Source of the DNA: Phycisphaera mikurensis NBRC 102666
GTDB lineage: Bacteria > Planctomycetota > Phycisphaerae > Phycisphaerales > Phycisphaeraceae
DNA: 32,000 bases
Reading direction: 5' to 3'
Assembly (NCBI RefSeq): GCF_000284115.1
Contig: NC_017080.1
Coordinates: 1,650,001-1,682,000, forward strand
The translations under genes and the position numbers were made by a program. Shown in pieces: positions 1-7,562 of the stretch. A model generated the notes under the pieces. That model was not told the origin of the DNA. It saw only the letters and a list, made by a program, of their open reading frames with translations, and ran no database searches. Position 1 is the first letter of the stretch. Every line of letters begins with the position of its first letter.

Positions 1-1
1 C

Positions 2-610
2 TTCGAGTACCAGCCGGTGGGCACGCGGCTGCACGTGCGGCCGCACATCACCCAGGAGGGCGACATCGACCTCGAGGTGAACCTGGAGCTCTCGCGGATC
101 GAGGCCGGCGAGACCGTCTTCGGCAACTTCATCTTCAACCGCCGGGAGACCACCACGCAGGTGACGCTGCAGGACGGGCAGACCGTGGTGATCTCCGGCA
201 TCGTCCGGCAGGAAGACTTCGAGGACGTCCGCAAGCTGCCGCTGCTCGGCGACATCCCGCTGGTCGGCGGGCTGTTCCGCAACACCGACCGGGGCATCCG
301 CAACCGGGAGGTGATCGCCTTCATCACCCCGCGGATCATCAACCCCGCCGGCGACGAGGCGGAGCTGCTCTCCGAGCGGAACGCCCAGTGGCTGGAGCGG
401 ATCCGCGGGGCGATGAGCGGCGACGAGCCGGAGAACCGGGACGCGCGGACGATGCCCCTGGACGATCTCCGCAGCCGGCCCGTCCCGGTGCCCGATCCCG
501 ACTCCCCGTCGACGCCCTCGCTCGACGAAGCCGACGGCTTCCGCGCGCCGGAGCCGACGAGGGTGGACATCCCCGCCGACGATGAGGACGCTTCGCAGGT
601 GCGGCGTTGA
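2..610 (+). CDS. Secretin (GspD/PilQ family), C-terminal part; the 5' end lies upstream of the window
   Basis: Frame is open from base 2 (FEYQPVGTRLHV...). Carries the secretin C-domain signature VTLQDGQTVVISGI...KLPLLGDIPLVGGLFR...REVIAFITPRII, followed by an acidic/Pro-rich tail. TGA at 608-610. Confidence 0.8.
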   Translation, partial: FEYQPVGTRLHVRPHITQEGDIDLEVNLELSRIEAGETVFGNFIFNRRETTTQVTLQDGQTVVISGIVRQEDFEDVRKLPLLGDIPLVGGLFRNTDRGIRNREVIAFITPRIINPAGDEAELLSERNAQWLERIRGAMSGDEPENRDARTMPLDDLRSRPVPVPDPDSPSTPSLDEADGFRAPEPTRVDIPADDEDASQVRR

Positions 611-1953
611 GACCGCCGAAGCTCGCGGCGCCGGGCTCGCGGGCCGCGCCTCTTGGCCCGAGGAGCGCCCCGGCCGGGCGAGGCGGAACCGGGGCGGCCC
701 GTTGGCTCGCGGCCGCCGTCGCGGGCGGCGTCGGCTTGGTCGTCGGGTCCGCGGGCTGCTCGGGCCCGCCTCCGGGGCTCCCGCCGTCCGCTGCGCCGGT
801 GCGGGTGACCGAGGGGACCGGCGCCTTCCGCGACACCTTCGAGGGCAGCGTGACCGCCGCCGTGATTGCTCGCGGCAGCGTGCGCCACGCCGGGCTGGGG
901 CTGCCGGTCGTCTCGCCCGACGGCCGCTTCATCGCGGCCCTCGAGCACGCCGGCGGACCGGCCTCCCTCGACGCCGACGCCCCGCTCTTGGGCCGCGGGC
1001 TCGGCGGCGTCTCCCTCTGGGTGCGGGCGGTGGAGGCGGAGGCGGACCGGCCGGCCGCCCCCGGCGGCGGCGGGATCGACGCCGCGGCCGTGCCGGTCGC
1101 GCTGCAGGACGCGTCCTTCCCCACCTTCGGCCCCGACGGCCGGCTGTGGTCGGTGAGCGTCGGCCCCGGCGGTGACGCGCTCCTCCGCTACGACCCCGTC
1201 GACGGGTCGCTGCGACGCCTCGCCACCGGCCTCAAGCGGATCGCCTTCCCTTCGCCCGATCCCACCGGTCGCTACGTGGCCGTCTCCGGTTTCGGTGGCA
1301 ACCCCGAGGCCGCGACGCTGTTCCTCGTCGACGTGCCCGCCGGGCGGGCCACCCCCGGCCCGCCGCCCGGCTCGGGCGGCCGCGGGCAGGTCCTGCCCCG
1401 CTGGGAAGCACCCGGCGTCGTGCTCTTCGTCGAGCTCCGAGAGGGCCCCGACGGCGCGCCGTCGCCCGCCGCGTTGCGGCGGTGGCGGGTGGGCGAATCC
1501 AGCGCCGCGGACGTCGCCTCGCTGCCGGTGCTCCCCTCGGTCTTCGACGCCGGCTCGCTCTACGCCGGAGTGGCCGACCCGATCGGCCCCGGCGGGCGGT
1601 ACCTCGTGTTCTTCGATCCGGCGGCGGAGCCCCCCGGGCTCCGCCGGGTCGACCTGGCCACCGGCGGCGTCGAGCCGGTGGCCGCCGGCGGCACCGCCGC
1701 GGCGAGCTGGGATGCCGACCGCCTCGTCGTCGCCGTGCAGCCGGCTTCGGAGAACCGCGGCCTCGCGAAGGAAGCCGGCCTCCGCCTCCTCGAGCTGGCC
1801 CCGGGCAACCGCGGCTCGGTCACGCTGCTACCCGGCGATTGGGCGCCGCTCCGCGTGGAGCCCCGGGCCGGCGGTGGCGCCGCCATCCTCGCCGTCGCAC
1901 CCGGCGAGCGGCCCGACCGCCTGAAGCTCGTGCAGCTCTTCGTCGTGCCCTGA
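607..1953 (+). CDS. Lipoprotein with TolB-like beta-propeller repeats (hypothetical)
   Basis: TTG start at 607 overlaps the secretin TGA (TTGA). N-terminal hydrophobic segment ends in lipobox-like VVGSAGC. Recurrent propeller-blade motifs SPDGRFIA, GPDGRLW, DPTGRYVAVSG, GPGGRYLVFF. The exact start is uncertain. Confidence 0.55.
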   Translation: MRPPKLAAPGSRAAPLGPRSAPAGRGGTGAARWLAAAVAGGVGLVVGSAGCSGPPPGLPPSAAPVRVTEGTGAFRDTFEGSVTAAVIARGSVRHAGLGLPVVSPDGRFIAALEHAGGPASLDADAPLLGRGLGGVSLWVRAVEAEADRPAAPGGGGIDAAAVPVALQDASFPTFGPDGRLWSVSVGPGGDALLRYDPVDGSLRRLATGLKRIAFPSPDPTGRYVAVSGFGGNPEAATLFLVDVPAGRATPGPPPGSGGRGQVLPRWEAPGVVLFVELREGPDGAPSPAALRRWRVGESSAADVASLPVLPSVFDAGSLYAGVADPIGPGGRYLVFFDPAAEPPGLRRVDLATGGVEPVAAGGTAAASWDADRLVVAVQPASENRGLAKEAGLRLLELAPGNRGSVTLLPGDWAPLRVEPRAGGGAAILAVAPGERPDRLKLVQLFVVP

Positions 1954-2089
1954 GCGTTGATGCCGGTGGCGTCTCGCTCGCCGTCGCGTGTCGATGACGC
2001 CGAGGGACCGCCCGCTCGGCCGGAGGCCACCGCTTCGCGACGCCCCCGGCACGGCCGCCTCCCGCGGACCGCGGCCGTCTCGACACGAT

Positions 2090-2119
2090 TTGCCACGCGG
2101 TCCGCGGCGCGGGTATGCT
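2090..2119 (+). promoter_or_regulatory. Sigma70-type promoter candidate for tRNA-Pro
   Basis: TTGCCA (2090-2095), 18-nt spacer, TATGCT (2114-2119). The -10 element ends 10 nt before the tRNA start. AT-containing hexamers stand out in this GC-rich context. Confidence 0.5.
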
Positions 2120-2129
2120 CCCGCGTTCA

Positions 2130-2203
2130 CGGGGCGTAGCGCAGCTTGGTAGCGCGTCTCGCTGGGGGTGAGAAGGTCGCAGGTTCAAGTCCTGTCGCCC
2201 CGA
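2130..2203 (+). tRNA. tRNA-Pro (anticodon GGG)
   Basis: Manual cloverleaf. Acceptor CGGGGCG/CGCCCCG, D arm GCGCAGCTTGGTAGCGC, anticodon stem TCTCG/TGAGA with loop CTGGGGG, T arm GCAGG-TTCAAGT-CCTGT, discriminator A. No encoded CCA. Confidence 0.9.
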
Positions 2204-2645
2204 TGGAGCAGAATCCCGGCCAGAGGCCGGGATTCTGTCCATCGCGTTCCTCTGAAGATCCGGACCTTCGGTCCGGATGCGCGCGAATCCCGGCCGGAGG
2301 CCGGGATTCTGTCCATCGCGTTTCTCTGAAGATCCGGACCTTCGGTCCGGATGCGCGCGAATCCCGGCCGGAGGCCGGGATTCTGTCCATCGCGTTCCTT
2401 ACTGAGATCCGGACCCTCGGTCCGGATGCGCGCGAATCCCGGCCAGAGGCCGGGATTCTGTCCATCGCGTTCCTCTGAAGATCCGGACCTTCGGTCCGGA
2501 TGCGCGCGAATCCCGGCCGGAGGCCGGGATTCTGTCCATCGCGTTCCTTATTGAGATCCGGACCCTCAGTCCGGATGCGCGCGAATCCCGGCCAGAGGCC
2601 GGGATTCTGCTCCATCGCGTTCCCTGAAGATCCGTACCGCGCATC
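2204..2645. repeat. Tandem array of six 74/75-bp units, each with two perfect palindromes
   Basis: Unit starts (GAATCCCGGCC) at 2211, 2285, 2359, 2434, 2508, 2583. P1 is GAATCCCGGCC-RGA-GGCCGGGATTC and P2 is ATCCGGACC-YTC-GGTCCGGAT. The last unit has a degenerate P2. Confidence 0.95.
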
Positions 2646-2693
2646 CAAGGCGTCGACCCCGACACGATCTGGTTTGATCGGAATCCGCATCCG

Positions 2694-2805
2694 CCCGGTG
2701 CCACGCCGCTCGCGGGGTGGCGCGTCCCCAAGACACGCGGCCACCCCTTCCGCCTCGGGCGTCGCCTGCGGCGCCCTCGCCCCGCAAGCGGCGTGGCGCC
2801 CGGGG
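2694..2805. repeat. About 110-bp element with terminal inverted repeats, copy 1 (MITE/REP-like or long-hairpin RNA)
   Basis: Left arm GTGCCACGCCGCTCGCGGGG (from 2698) is nearly the reverse complement of CCCCGCAAGCGGCGTGGC (2780-2797). Homologous to 23351-23460, with shared arms and internal GACACGCGGCC and GCGTCGCCT. Confidence 0.75.
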
Positions 2806-2899
2806 TCGATCCAGCGCGGTGGTTGCGTAGACGGTCGGGCTCCGCCCGCGTGCCGGCCGCTTGAGAGACCGCCGGGCCGCCGATCGAGCCTTCGCTCCC

Positions 2900-2924
2900 C
2901 TGCGCGGCAATAACCGCCGCGCAG
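2900..2924. other. Perfect 9-bp stem-loop with an AT-rich loop
   Basis: CTGCGCGGC-AATAACC-GCCGCGCAG. Confidence 0.5.
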
Positions 2925-2962
2925 ACCCGCAGCAACGCCAGCTCCTCCGGCCAGCGGATCCG

Positions 2963-2997
2963 ACAGCGGAACCGCCCCCCTGGGGCGGTTTCGCTGT
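2963..2997. terminator. 16-bp stem hairpin between the convergent tRNA-Pro and tRNA-Gly units (bidirectional terminator candidate)
   Basis: ACAGCGGAACCGCCCC / GGGGCGGTTTCGCTGT with one G-T position and a 3-nt loop. It ends 4 nt from the 3' end of tRNA-Gly. The T-tail is weak on both strands. Confidence 0.5.
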
Positions 2998-3001
2998 TCA
3001 G

Positions 3002-3074
3002 AGCGCCGGAAGAGGCTCGAACTCTCGACATTCAGCTTGGAAGGCTGACGCTCTACCAACTGAGCTACCGGCGC
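3002..3074 (-). tRNA. tRNA-Gly (anticodon TCC)
   Basis: The reverse complement folds as acceptor GCGCCGG/CCGGCGC, D arm GCTCAGTTGGTAGAGC, anticodon stem TCAGC/GCTGA with loop CTTCCAA, T arm GAGAG-TTCGAGC-CTCTT, discriminator U. Confidence 0.9.
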
Positions 3075-3086
3075 GGCGGCTCCAGT

Positions 3087-3944
3087 TTAGCGGATCACGC
3101 GCTGCCGGAGGAGCGAAGCAGTCTCCAGCCGGACGGCCCCGCTCGCGACGGCCTCCGCCACCGCCGCCGGCGTGTGGACGCCGCCGTCGTACGCCACCAC
3201 CACCGCCTCGTCGCCCTCCCGCAGGAAGGTCGTCTCGCCGAAGGGCAGGTACCGCGTCGCGCCGATGGCGATGACGGCGCGCCCCGGGCGGCCCGCGGCG
3301 GCGAGCAGGGCGGAGGCGTCCTCCAGCGGCCCCGCGTCGCGTTGCGTGTTGAGCTTCTCGACGAGCCAACCCAGCAGCCGGCCGTGGAAGTAGCCGTAGC
3401 CCGCCACGGGCGCGTCCTCCCCGTACGCGTGGGTGACGCCGTCGCGGACGAGGAAGCTCGCCAGCCGGAAGCGGTCGAGCGTGCCGCCGGCGGCGAAGCG
3501 GTCCAGCGGGAGCAGCTGGTCCGCGGCGAGGCCCTGCGAGGCCGGTCCCCAGTGCTTCTTGTGCGAGATCTTGACCGGGCCGCTCGGGGACGCCGCCGGC
3601 CGCGCCCGCCAAGAGCAGTCGTTGAAGGCCCCGAAGTGCGTCGGCTCCACCGCCGCGACCGCCTCCCCCTCGTAGCGCACCTCGCTCCAGAGCGCCAGCT
3701 CCGGCTCGATCTGGCACGCCGCCGCCGGATCGTCCGGCAGCCGGATGTGCGTCGCGGACACCGGATTCACCCCGAGCTCCCCGCCGCGGACGTACCACGG
3801 GAAGACGCCTTTGGGAGCGCCGTCCGCGGCCTCGACGCCGGCGAAGTCCGACGCCTCGCCCGCTTGCTCGAGGTGCCCGGCGAAGTTGCCGGCCACCCCC
3901 AACCCGATCGCGGCGCCGAGCTCGGCGGGCGTCAGCGAGATCAT
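3087..3944 (-). CDS. FAH-fold (fumarylacetoacetate hydrolase family-like) protein, function unknown
   Basis: 285 aa starting MISLTPAEL. IGLGVAGNFAGHLEQAG resembles the FAH-family G-x-N-Y-x-x-H-x-x-E motif. IEPELALW and a C-terminal IAIGATRYLPFGETTFLREGDEAVVV also resemble that fold. Its ATG overlaps the tyrS TGA (ATGA). Only the last 285 codons of the 680-aa track ORF are used. Confidence 0.5.
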   Translation of the reverse strand: MISLTPAELGAAIGLGVAGNFAGHLEQAGEASDFAGVEAADGAPKGVFPWYVRGGELGVNPVSATHIRLPDDPAAACQIEPELALWSEVRYEGEAVAAVEPTHFGAFNDCSWRARPAASPSGPVKISHKKHWGPASQGLAADQLLPLDRFAAGGTLDRFRLASFLVRDGVTHAYGEDAPVAGYGYFHGRLLGWLVEKLNTQRDAGPLEDASALLAAAGRPGRAVIAIGATRYLPFGETTFLREGDEAVVVAYDGGVHTPAAVAEAVASGAVRLETASLLRQRVIR

Positions 3945-5188
3945 GACCCGGCCTCCGCCACGTCGAAGCGGTAGAGCCGCTTCTTCCCGGCTCGCAGCAG
4001 CACGTGCCCGCCGCGGGCGTCCCCGGCGGAGACCTCCGCCATGGGGTCCGCGACCTTGTCGCCGTGGATCCGGACGCCGCCGCCCTGGATCAGCCGGCGG
4101 GCCTCGCCGTTGCTCTTGGCGAAGCCGGCACGCTTCATCAGCTCGACGACGCCGACGGGCGAGGCGAGGTCCAGCGGACCGTGCGGCACCGCGTCGTCCA
4201 CCGCGCCGCCGGCGAAGGCTTTGGCGGCACCGTCGCGCGCCGCCGCGGCCGCGGGCTCGCCGTGCACGAGCCGGGTGACCTCGTACGCCAGCCGCGCCTT
4301 CGCCGCGTTGATGCCGGCGCCGCTTGCAGTCTCCAACGCCTCGATCTCGTCGATGGGCAGGAACGTGAAGTAGCGCAGCAGGCGGCCGACGTCGCCGTCG
4401 TCCGCGTTGCGCCAGAACTGGAAGAAGTCGAAGACGGGCGTCCGCTCCGCGTCGAGCCAGACCGCGCCGGCCTCGGTCTTGCCGAACTTCCGCCCGTCGG
4501 CCTTGGTGATCAGCGGCATCGTGAGCGCCGCCAGGTCCAGGCCGTGCATCTTCCGCCCCAGCTCGGTGCCGAAGACGATGTTGCCCCACTGGTCCTGCCC
4601 GCCGATCTGCACGGTGCAGCCGTGCTCCGCCCCCAGGTGGGCGAAGTCGTACGCCTGCAGCAGCATGTAGCTGAACTCGAGGAACGAGATCCCGGAGCCC
4701 TCGGCCAGGCGGGGTTTGACGCTCTCCATCCCGACCATGCGGTTCACCGACACCCGCGAGCCGACGTCCCGGAGGAAGTCCAACCACGTGAGGCCGGCGA
4801 TCCAGTCGAGGTTGTTGACCAGCTTCGCTCCGGTGGGCGAGTCGTCGAAGCGGACGATGCGGCCGATCTGCTCGCCGATCGCCAGAGCGTTCGCGTCGAT
4901 CTCCTCCGGCGAGAGCATCCTCCGGGCGGTGTTCTTCCCCGAGGGGTCGCCGACGCGGGCCGTCGCGCCGCCCACCAGCGCAAGCGGCTTGTGCCCGCAA
5001 CGCTGCGCGTGCGCCAGCGCCATCACGGGCACGAGGTGACCCAGGTGCAGCGAGTCGGCCGTCGGGTCGAAGCCGCAGTACAGCGTGACCGGCGAGCCGA
5101 GCCGCTCGCGGATGCCCGCGTCGGTGCACTGCGCGACGAGGCCTCGGGCCTCGAGCACGTCGTAGAGGTTCGGGGTGTCTTCGGCCAT
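3941..5188 (-). CDS. tyrS: Tyrosine--tRNA ligase
   Basis: 415 aa. HIGH-type motif (DSLHLGHLV), KMSKS-type motif (KFGKTEAG), and a C-terminal S4-like domain (RLIQGGGVRIHGDKV). Confidence 0.92.
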   Translation of the reverse strand: MAEDTPNLYDVLEARGLVAQCTDAGIRERLGSPVTLYCGFDPTADSLHLGHLVPVMALAHAQRCGHKPLALVGGATARVGDPSGKNTARRMLSPEEIDANALAIGEQIGRIVRFDDSPTGAKLVNNLDWIAGLTWLDFLRDVGSRVSVNRMVGMESVKPRLAEGSGISFLEFSYMLLQAYDFAHLGAEHGCTVQIGGQDQWGNIVFGTELGRKMHGLDLAALTMPLITKADGRKFGKTEAGAVWLDAERTPVFDFFQFWRNADDGDVGRLLRYFTFLPIDEIEALETASGAGINAAKARLAYEVTRLVHGEPAAAAARDGAAKAFAGGAVDDAVPHGPLDLASPVGVVELMKRAGFAKSNGEARRLIQGGGVRIHGDKVADPMAEVSAGDARGGHVLLRAGKKRLYRFDVAEAGS

Positions 5189-5288
5189 GCGGCCGGCGAG
5201 CCTACCGGCCGGTCCGGGTCGCGCCGAAGGGAGCCCGGGCGTCGCCCGCTCCCGCTCCCGCTTCGGCGTCGGCGGTGCCGATCACGAC

Positions 5289-5705
5289 CTAGAAGACGAA
5301 CTTGTGCCGCAGCCGCGCCGGCATCATCGGGCACGCCTCGGCGGGGCGGCCGAACACGCGGTGGCGGATCCGGGCGACGCCGTCGTAGACGAGGTCGCGG
5401 AGGGAGCGGGGGACGACCCGGCCCAGCGCCGCGAGCAACGCCCAGCCGCCGCCGACGCCGCGGAGGATGCGGAGCACGGCGTCGGATCTGGTGTGCAGCG
5501 TGCCGTCGGGGTCGCGGAGGACGATCGAGTCGGGCAGGCCGGCGATCTGCCGCTCCGTCAGGACCTCCTGGATCGTGTCACCCTGGAGGGGCGTGAAGAC
5601 GAAGCGATCCGCCGGGTCGCGCGGGAGCACGAACCTCACCCACCGGTGGCACAGCCCGCAGTGGCCGTCGTAGAAGACGAGTGACTTGCCCTCGAGGTCG
5701 GCCAT
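5289..5705 (-). CDS. DCC-family thiol-disulfide oxidoreductase (DUF393)
   Basis: 138 aa from the internal ATG (MADLEGKSLVFYDGHCGLCHRWVRFV). YDGxCxLC is the family signature. Confidence 0.75.
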   Translation of the reverse strand: MADLEGKSLVFYDGHCGLCHRWVRFVLPRDPADRFVFTPLQGDTIQEVLTERQIAGLPDSIVLRDPDGTLHTRSDAVLRILRGVGGGWALLAALGRVVPRSLRDLVYDGVARIRHRVFGRPAEACPMMPARLRHKFVF

Positions 5706-5768
5706 GCGGGAGCGTATGCGCAGCGTGCCGAGGGTGCGACGCGCGCAGCCGCTCGGGGCACGAGCACG

Positions 5769-5787
5769 CGACACGCGGAGCGTGTCG
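5769..5787 (-). terminator. Perfect 8-bp hairpin just downstream of gnd (weak terminator or stabiliser candidate)
   Basis: CGACACGC-GGA-GCGTGTCG, 12 nt after the gnd TAA. No U-tract. Confidence 0.3.
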
Positions 5788-5799
5788 GGCACGCCGCGC

Positions 5800-7344
5800 T
5801 TAGAGGGTGAGTTGGGGGCGGTTTTCCTCGGGCCAGTCGACGTGGAACTTCTCGCCGCGGGGGCGGTCGACGCGCTCGTAGGTGTGGGCGCCGAAGTAGT
5901 CACGCTGAGCCTGAAGCAGGTTCTGCGGCAGCGTCGCGGTGCGGTAGCTGTCGAAGTAGGCGAGCGCCGAGGCGAAGGCCGGAACGGCCACGCCGTTGAG
6001 CACGGCGAGCGAGACGACCTTCCGCCAGGCGGCCTGCCCCTTGTTGACCGCCTCGTTGAAGTAGTCGTTGAGCAGCAGGTTCGCCAGCTTCGGATCCTCG
6101 GCGTAGGCGTCGGTGATCTTCTGCAGGAAGCGGGCGCGGATGATGCAGCCCCCGCGGAACATGGCGGCGATCTGGCCGAAGTCCAGATCCCAATCGAATT
6201 CGTTCTGGGCCTCGCGCATCAGCTGGAAGCCCTGGGCGTAGGCGCAGATCTTCGAGCAGTAGAGGGCCTCGCGGATGTTCTCGATGAACTCGCCTTGGTC
6301 GCCGAAGTCGACCGCCTCGGCGGGCCCCCGGAGCACCTCGCTGGCCGCCACCCGCTCGTCCTTGATGGCCGACAGGCAGCGGGCGAAGACGGCTTCGGCC
6401 ATCGCGTTGGCGGGGATGCCCATGTCCAGCGCGGAGATGGACGTCCACTTCCCGGTGCCCTTCTGCCCGGCGGTGTCCAGCACGACGTCGACGAAGAACC
6501 TCGACGGATCCGTCGGGTCTCTCTGCTGCAGGATGTCGGTGGTGATCTCGATGAGGAAGCTGTCGAGGTCGCCCTCGTTCCACCGGGCGAAGACCTGGCT
6601 CATCTCGTCGGGCTGCATCCCGATCAGCTGCTTCATGAGGAAGTACGCCTCGCAGATGAGCTGCATGTCGATGTACTCGATGCCGTTGTGCACCATCTTC
6701 ACGTAGTGCCCGGCGCCGTTGGCCCCGATGTAGCCGGTGCAGGGCTCGCCCTCCTCGAGCGTCACCGGATTGCTGGGGTCGAAGCGCTCGATCGGCTTGC
6801 CCGTCTCGCGGTCGACCTTGGCGGCGATGGCCTCCCAGATGGGCTTGAGGCTCTCCCACGCCTCGGGGTCGCCGCCGGGCATGAGCGAGGGGCCGAAGCG
6901 GGCGCCGAGCTCGCCGCCGGACACGCCCGAGCCGAAGAAGCGGATGCCCTTGGCCGCGTACTCCTTCTCGCGGCGGATGGTGGCGTTCCAATTCGAGTTG
7001 CCGCCGTCGATGATGAGGTCGCCCTCCTGCAGCAGCGGCTCGAGCTGGTCGGTGACCTTGTCCACGGCGTCGCGATCGGTGGAGGCGACGGCGGTGCTCT
7101 GCACCATCAGCACGATCTTGCGGGGGCACTTGATCGAGGCGACGAAGTCGGCGAGCTCGGCGTGGCCGTGCACGCGGGAAGCGGAGGGCTGCTCCGCCTC
7201 GACCTCCTTGATGAAGTCCTCCATCACCGAGGTCGTCCGGTTGTAGACGGCCACGTCGAAGCCGTGGTCGGCCATGTTGAGGACGAGGTTCTGGCCCATG
7301 ACGGCGAGGCCGATGAGTCCGATGTCGGAGGTGGGTTCTGGCAT
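5800..7344 (-). CDS. gnd: 6-phosphogluconate dehydrogenase, decarboxylating
   Basis: 514 aa. N-terminal Rossmann motif [22 protein letters not shown], and typical Gnd blocks [43 protein letters not shown]. Confidence 0.92.
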   Translation of the reverse strand: MPEPTSDIGLIGLAVMGQNLVLNMADHGFDVAVYNRTTSVMEDFIKEVEAEQPSASRVHGHAELADFVASIKCPRKIVLMVQSTAVASTDRDAVDKVTDQLEPLLQEGDLIIDGGNSNWNATIRREKEYAAKGIRFFGSGVSGGELGARFGPSLMPGGDPEAWESLKPIWEAIAAKVDRETGKPIERFDPSNPVTLEEGEPCTGYIGANGAGHYVKMVHNGIEYIDMQLICEAYFLMKQLIGMQPDEMSQVFARWNEGDLDSFLIEITTDILQQRDPTDPSRFFVDVVLDTAGQKGTGKWTSISALDMGIPANAMAEAVFARCLSAIKDERVAASEVLRGPAEAVDFGDQGEFIENIREALYCSKICAYAQGFQLMREAQNEFDWDLDFGQIAAMFRGGCIIRARFLQKITDAYAEDPKLANLLLNDYFNEAVNKGQAAWRKVVSLAVLNGVAVPAFASALAYFDSYRTATLPQNLLQAQRDYFGAHTYERVDRPRGEKFHVDWPEENRPQLTL

Positions 7345-7502
7345 GCTGTGTCTTCGCTTCGCGAGGGGGTCGGTTTGGGCGGCAATGTACGGGAGGCGGA
7401 GCGGGAGGCGTCAGACGCGGCGGGCGTCGTCCCGCGGCAGGTTCAGGAGCGCCCGGCGGCGCCGGCCGGTGCCGGTGCCGCGATAGGGACCGGTCGGGGC
7501 GC

Positions 7503-7531
7503 AGAGAAAACGCTCCGTCGCCGGGAGCGAA
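7503..7531 (-). terminator. Intrinsic terminator candidate for rplM-rpsI
   Basis: Minus-strand RNA reads CGCUCC-CGGCGAC-GGAGCG followed by UUUUCUCU, about 35 nt after the rpsI stop. Confidence 0.6.
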
Positions 7532-7562
7532 GGAGCGTTCGGCGCGCCGGCCTCGCGGCGGA

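Noticed and set aside
2204-2645. CRISPR array interpretation of the regularly spaced palindromic repeats
   Set aside because: The entire 74/75-bp unit is repeated. There are no unique spacer segments between the palindromes and no cas genes in the window.
2146-2913. Track ORFs running through the tRNA and repeat array (2146..2478, 2351..2554, 2500..2913 plus strand; 2127..3059, 2399..3031, 2566..2910 minus strand)
   Set aside because: They start inside or run across tRNA genes. Their repetitive peptides merely mirror the DNA repeat in shifting frames, and they have no recognisable domains. They are open frames caused by GC richness.
2130-3074. tRNA-flanked genomic island or integrated element
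   Set aside because: No integrase gene is present. There is no direct repeat of either tRNA's 3' end that would mark an att site, and the intervening DNA has no coding capacity.
3087-5129. The 680-aa ORF as one gene overlapping tyrS
   Set aside because: Its N-terminal 395 aa are an off-frame reading of tyrS (Arg/Gly/Pro-rich). Only the last 285 codons, from the ATG at 3944, look like a real protein.
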